The notes under the pieces: generated by a model
The model's input: the letters and a program-made list of their open reading frames with translations, nothing else
Told to the model about the DNA's origin: nothing
Database searches by the model: none
Shown: positions 60,652-64,000 of the stretch, piece after piece
Layout of the letters: each line of letters starts with the position of its first letter
How positions within the stretch are numbered: position 1 is the stretch's first letter
Translations under genes and position numbers: made by a program
Assembly (NCBI GenBank): GCA_964596735.1
Contig: CAZQVF010000001.1
Location: 74,135-138,134 of the forward strand
Direction: 5' to 3'
Source: an uncultured Gammaproteobacteria bacterium
GTDB taxonomy: Bacteria > Patescibacteriota > Patescibacteriia > UBA2591 > UBA6264
Length of the DNA: 64,000 bases

Positions 60652-62445
60652 ATGGACAATGTTGAAGAAATAAAATCAAAGATAGATGTTGTTGACCTTG
60701 TTTCAGAATATATTCAATTAAAACGTTCTGGAACAAGCTTTCGAGCCATTTGTCCTTTTCATCAAGAAAAAGCTCCATCATTTTTTGTTTCTCAAGAAAA
60801 GCAGATTTGGCATTGTTTTGGGTGTGGAAAAGGGGGAGATTTATTTGGTTTTTTAATGGAAATGGAGGGGATTGAATTTCCAGAAGCTTTGCGCATTTTA
60901 GCTCAAAAAGCAGGCGTAGAGATTCAAAGATATGACCGTCAAGCGGTTAGTCGAAAAACAAAATTACTTGACCTTAATCGTTGGGCAGCTGAATTTTATA
61001 ACAAAGTTTATTGGGAATCTCCCTTGGCCGAATCAGCCAGAAAATATTTAAAACAAAGAGGATTAGATAAAAAAATCACTAATCAATTTCAATTGGGTTA
61101 TGCGCCTGATAAATGGGATACTCTTTTAAAATTTTTATTAAAAAGAGGTTATCAAGAAAAAGATATAGAAGCGGCTGGTTTAATTGTTGTAAAACAATCA
61201 AGAGCTGGTAATCAAAATTCAGGTTACTATGACCGTTTTCGCAATCGCATCATTTTTCCCATTGCTGATTTACATGATCAAGTAATTGGTTTTACTAGTC
61301 GAATTTTACCTGGAGCTAAAGATGAAGATAAAACAGCTAAGTATATTAATACGCCAGAGACCTTGATCTATAACAAGAGCCGGGTTTTGTATGGTTTAAG
61401 TAAAGCTAAAATTGAAGCAAGAAAGCAAGACCAAATGATCTTGGTTGAAGGAAATATGGATGTTTTGGCTTGTCATCAAGCTGGTTATGAAAACGTAGTC
61501 TGCACTTCAGGGACAGCTTTAACTCAGGACCAAATTAAAATCTTGCAAAGATATACAGAAAATATTGTTCTTGCCTTTGATGTTGATTTGGCTGGTCAAG
61601 CCGCTACTCAACGGAGCATTGATTTATTACTTCAGCAAGGCTTAAATGTTAAAGTATTAAAGCTAGGGCAAGGAAAAGACCCAGATGAGTTTATTCGCCA
61701 GGATTTAAAGGCTTGGAAAAAAGCGTTGAAAGAGCCTCAGGAAATTATGGAATATTATTTCTCTTTAGCTTTTAAAGATAAAGACCTAACCAAGGTTGAA
61801 CATAAAAAACAAATTAGCAAAGACCTTTTGCCCATTATTGTCAAATTAGGTGACCCAGTTGAAAAAGATCTTTGGCTAAGAAAACTAGGTGATAAGTTAA
61901 ATGTTTCAGAAATATCTTTACGTGACGCCTTAAGAAGGACTAAAAAACCCTATCTTCCTAAATCAGATTCAGGAGATTTGATCAAAGAAAAAGTTCCGGT
62001 AGAAGAGCAGGCTTCAGAGAAATTTTTAGCCCTAGTTTTAAAATATCCAGAAAAGGGAGAGGAATTTATAAAAAAAGTGGTTTTGGACATGTTTATCATG
62101 CCTCGCCCCCAAGATGTTGTCAGGGCTATTAAAGATTGTTATATTAAAAATAAAAAAATTGATTTTAAAAAGATTAAAAAAGAGGTTAAAGACAAACAGA
62201 TCCTTAATTATTTAGACTTTTTGCTTTTTTTAGCAGAAAAAGAATTTGCCAAATATGAAGACAAAGAAATCGACAAGGAATTAAATTGTTTTTTTTCTCT
62301 TTTAAAAAAGAGATTTTTGACTAAGAAAATGGAAAATTTTGTTCAAGAATTAAAAAAAGAAGAGGAAAAAGGGGATAAAAAAAAGATAGAAGAATTAAGT
62401 TTAAAAATAGTCAAACTTTCTCGGGAAATAGCAACCTGTCAATAA
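60652..62445 (+). CDS. dnaG: DNA primase
   Basis: CPFH..HCFGC zinc finger, [36 protein letters not shown]. Confidence 0.97.
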   Translation: MDNVEEIKSKIDVVDLVSEYIQLKRSGTSFRAICPFHQEKAPSFFVSQEKQIWHCFGCGKGGDLFGFLMEMEGIEFPEALRILAQKAGVEIQRYDRQAVSRKTKLLDLNRWAAEFYNKVYWESPLAESARKYLKQRGLDKKITNQFQLGYAPDKWDTLLKFLLKRGYQEKDIEAAGLIVVKQSRAGNQNSGYYDRFRNRIIFPIADLHDQVIGFTSRILPGAKDEDKTAKYINTPETLIYNKSRVLYGLSKAKIEARKQDQMILVEGNMDVLACHQAGYENVVCTSGTALTQDQIKILQRYTENIVLAFDVDLAGQAATQRSIDLLLQQGLNVKVLKLGQGKDPDEFIRQDLKAWKKALKEPQEIMEYYFSLAFKDKDLTKVEHKKQISKDLLPIIVKLGDPVEKDLWLRKLGDKLNVSEISLRDALRRTKKPYLPKSDSGDLIKEKVPVEEQASEKFLALVLKYPEKGEEFIKKVVLDMFIMPRPQDVVRAIKDCYIKNKKIDFKKIKKEVKDKQILNYLDFLLFLAEKEFAKYEDKEIDKELNCFFSLLKKRFLTKKMENFVQELKKEEEKGDKKKIEELSLKIVKLSREIATCQ

Positions 62446-62453
62446 TTTTTACT

Positions 62454-63815
62454 ATGCCTCAAAAGAAAAAAATAAAAAACAAAAAAAGACCATTGAAAAA
62501 GAAAAAACCCTTGAAGAAAAAGACAAAAAAGAAGGTTATTAAAAAGAAACAAAAGCTTTTGAAAAAGAGGTCAGTACATAGAAAAACTATAAAAAAGAAA
62601 AAAAGGATTTCCTTTAAAAAAAAGACGATTAAAAAAAAGGTATTAAAAAAACCAAAAAAGAAGTTAGTCAGCAAAAGCAAAAAACCTAAAATCAAAGCCA
62701 AGACAAAACCAAAACAAAAAGCGCCATTTAAAAAAAAGGCCCTGTCAATAAAATGGCCAGAGAAAGAGAGTCAGGAATTAATGGCTAAGGGAAAAAAAAG
62801 AGCTTTTGTTACAGAGAATGAGCTTTTTTATACTTTCCCTAGACTAGAAAAATATTTACCCCAATATGAAGAATTTCTAGATAATTTAGAAAAAGCAGGA
62901 ATCAAGGTGGCTGAATCAAAGCAAGGTCTTTTAGAAAAACCACAAGAAGAAAAAGGTAGTCAATTATTTTTTGACTTGACCCAACTTTCAGCTGATTCAG
63001 TTCAAATGTATTTAAAAGAGATTGGCCGCGTTCCTTTAATTAATTCAAAAGAAGAAGTCGTCCTCGCCAAAAGAAAGGACAGCGGAGATAGCAGAGCAGC
63101 TAAAAAGTTAATTGAAGCTAATCTTCGTTTAGTAGTTAGTATTGCTAAAAAATTTGCTGGCTATGGTTTAACCTTTTTAGATTTAATCCAGGAAGGTAAT
63201 GTCGGTCTTTTTAGGGCAGTAGAAAAATATGACTGGAGAAAGGGGTATAAGTTTTCTACTTATGCTACCTGGTGGATTAGACAGGCCATTATCAGGGCCT
63301 TGGCAGATCAATCACGAACTATTAGAATCCCTGTCCATGTGGTTGAAGTTTTAGGCAAGTTTCATCAAGCAGAGCGCTGGTTATTACAACAATTAGGGCG
63401 TCAGCCAACCCCTGAGGAGATTGCCGGAGAATTAGAAACATCAGTTGACGATGCAAGATATTTAATGAAAATCTCCCAGGATACAATATCTTTAGAAACC
63501 ACAGTTGGTGATGATGATGACAAAGACACAGAACTGCGTGACTTTATAGAAGATGTTAAAACAATTGCCCCAGACAGAGCCGCGGCCTTAATGCTTTTAA
63601 AAAAATATATTAAGGAAATTATTGTTGACCTTACTCCAAGAGAGCAGAGAATTCTAGAAATTCGTTTTGGCTTAATAGATGGAGTAGCCCATACTTTAGA
63701 AGAAGTCGGACAAGTTTTTGGTGTTACTAGAGAGAGAATTCGTCAAATTGAAGCTAGAGCTTTAGACAGGATTAGACAACTAAAAAGCATTAAGAAAATC
63801 AAAGACTATTATTAG
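62454..63815 (+). CDS. rpoD: Primary sigma factor RpoD with a Lys-rich N-terminus
   Basis: [46 protein letters not shown]. Confidence 0.96.
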   Translation: MPQKKKIKNKKRPLKKKKPLKKKTKKKVIKKKQKLLKKRSVHRKTIKKKKRISFKKKTIKKKVLKKPKKKLVSKSKKPKIKAKTKPKQKAPFKKKALSIKWPEKESQELMAKGKKRAFVTENELFYTFPRLEKYLPQYEEFLDNLEKAGIKVAESKQGLLEKPQEEKGSQLFFDLTQLSADSVQMYLKEIGRVPLINSKEEVVLAKRKDSGDSRAAKKLIEANLRLVVSIAKKFAGYGLTFLDLIQEGNVGLFRAVEKYDWRKGYKFSTYATWWIRQAIIRALADQSRTIRIPVHVVEVLGKFHQAERWLLQQLGRQPTPEEIAGELETSVDDARYLMKISQDTISLETTVGDDDDKDTELRDFIEDVKTIAPDRAAALMLLKKYIKEIIVDLTPREQRILEIRFGLIDGVAHTLEEVGQVFGVTRERIRQIEARALDRIRQLKSIKKIKDYY

Positions 63816-63869
63816 ATTAAAATTTTTGGTATAATATTTATTACAATTTAATAAAATTATTTTAAACGT

Positions 63870-63904
63870 TCCGGAGTAGCTCAGTGGTTAGAGCAACTGG
63901 CTGT
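63870..63904 (+). tRNA. 5' exon of an interrupted tRNA, probably tRNA-Asn(GTT)
   Basis: TCCGGAG-TA-GCTC-AGTGGTTA-GAGC-A-ACTGG-CT-GT, then non-tRNA sequence; no 3' anticodon stem (CCAGT) follows. Confidence 0.75.
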
Positions 63905-63934
63905 GGAAATCCTGTTCGCTATTATTTAATTATT

Positions 63935-64000
63935 ATGTCGGACAAAAGAAAATACGCTGATCGCCGAGAATATTTAATAAAAGCTGTTGCCAAAAGAAGA
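63935..64000 (+). CDS. ORF inside the tRNA insertion, truncated by the window edge (candidate HNH homing endonuclease)
   Basis: MSDKRKYADRREYLIKAVAKRR; resembles the N-termini of CPR HNH proteins as recalled; catalytic motifs would lie outside the window. Confidence 0.5.
   Translation, partial: MSDKRKYADRREYLIKAVAKRR

Noticed and set aside
63870-63910. Intact tRNA-His(GTG)
   Set aside because: CTGTGGA is followed by AATCC, which cannot pair with ACTGG; there is no T-arm and no G-1

Overview
AT-rich bacterial chromosome segment using genetic code 11 (TGA is a stop). It is most likely from a Patescibacteria/CPR (Parcubacteria-like) genome; this is inferred from gene content, housekeeping genes without Shine-Dalgarno sites, an RpoA with no C-terminal domain and CPR-type hypotheticals. 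The housekeeping backbone comprises PFOR subunits, ybeY-ftsA-ftsZ, gyrB, secE-nusG-rplK-rplA-tmk, cysS, corA, murB, the infA-rplM block, def, ftsE, archease-rtcB, groES/groEL, ppsA, dnaG-rpoD and tRNAs. The standout feature is a ~17.7 kb co-directional, translationally coupled array of 18 paralogous atypical SAM-dependent methyltransferase-fold genes (19 domains; LGATPE replaces the glycine-rich loop) at 30591-48289. A Cys/Met-metabolism PLP enzyme lies directly upstream and a radical SAM gene closes it. The array shows a recent tandem duplication, a gene fusion and a frameshifted member. Other notable items: an 8-copy dispersed intergenic repeat that resembles a portable sigma70 promoter with a variable hairpin; a LAGLIDADG intein beside the PEP-synthase phospho-His; an interrupted tRNA (probably tRNA-Asn with an intron) at the window end; Lys-rich H1-like tails on RpoA, RpoD and GyrB; and a 1537-aa glycine-zipper protein. 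All assignments come from reading motifs by eye; no database searches were run.
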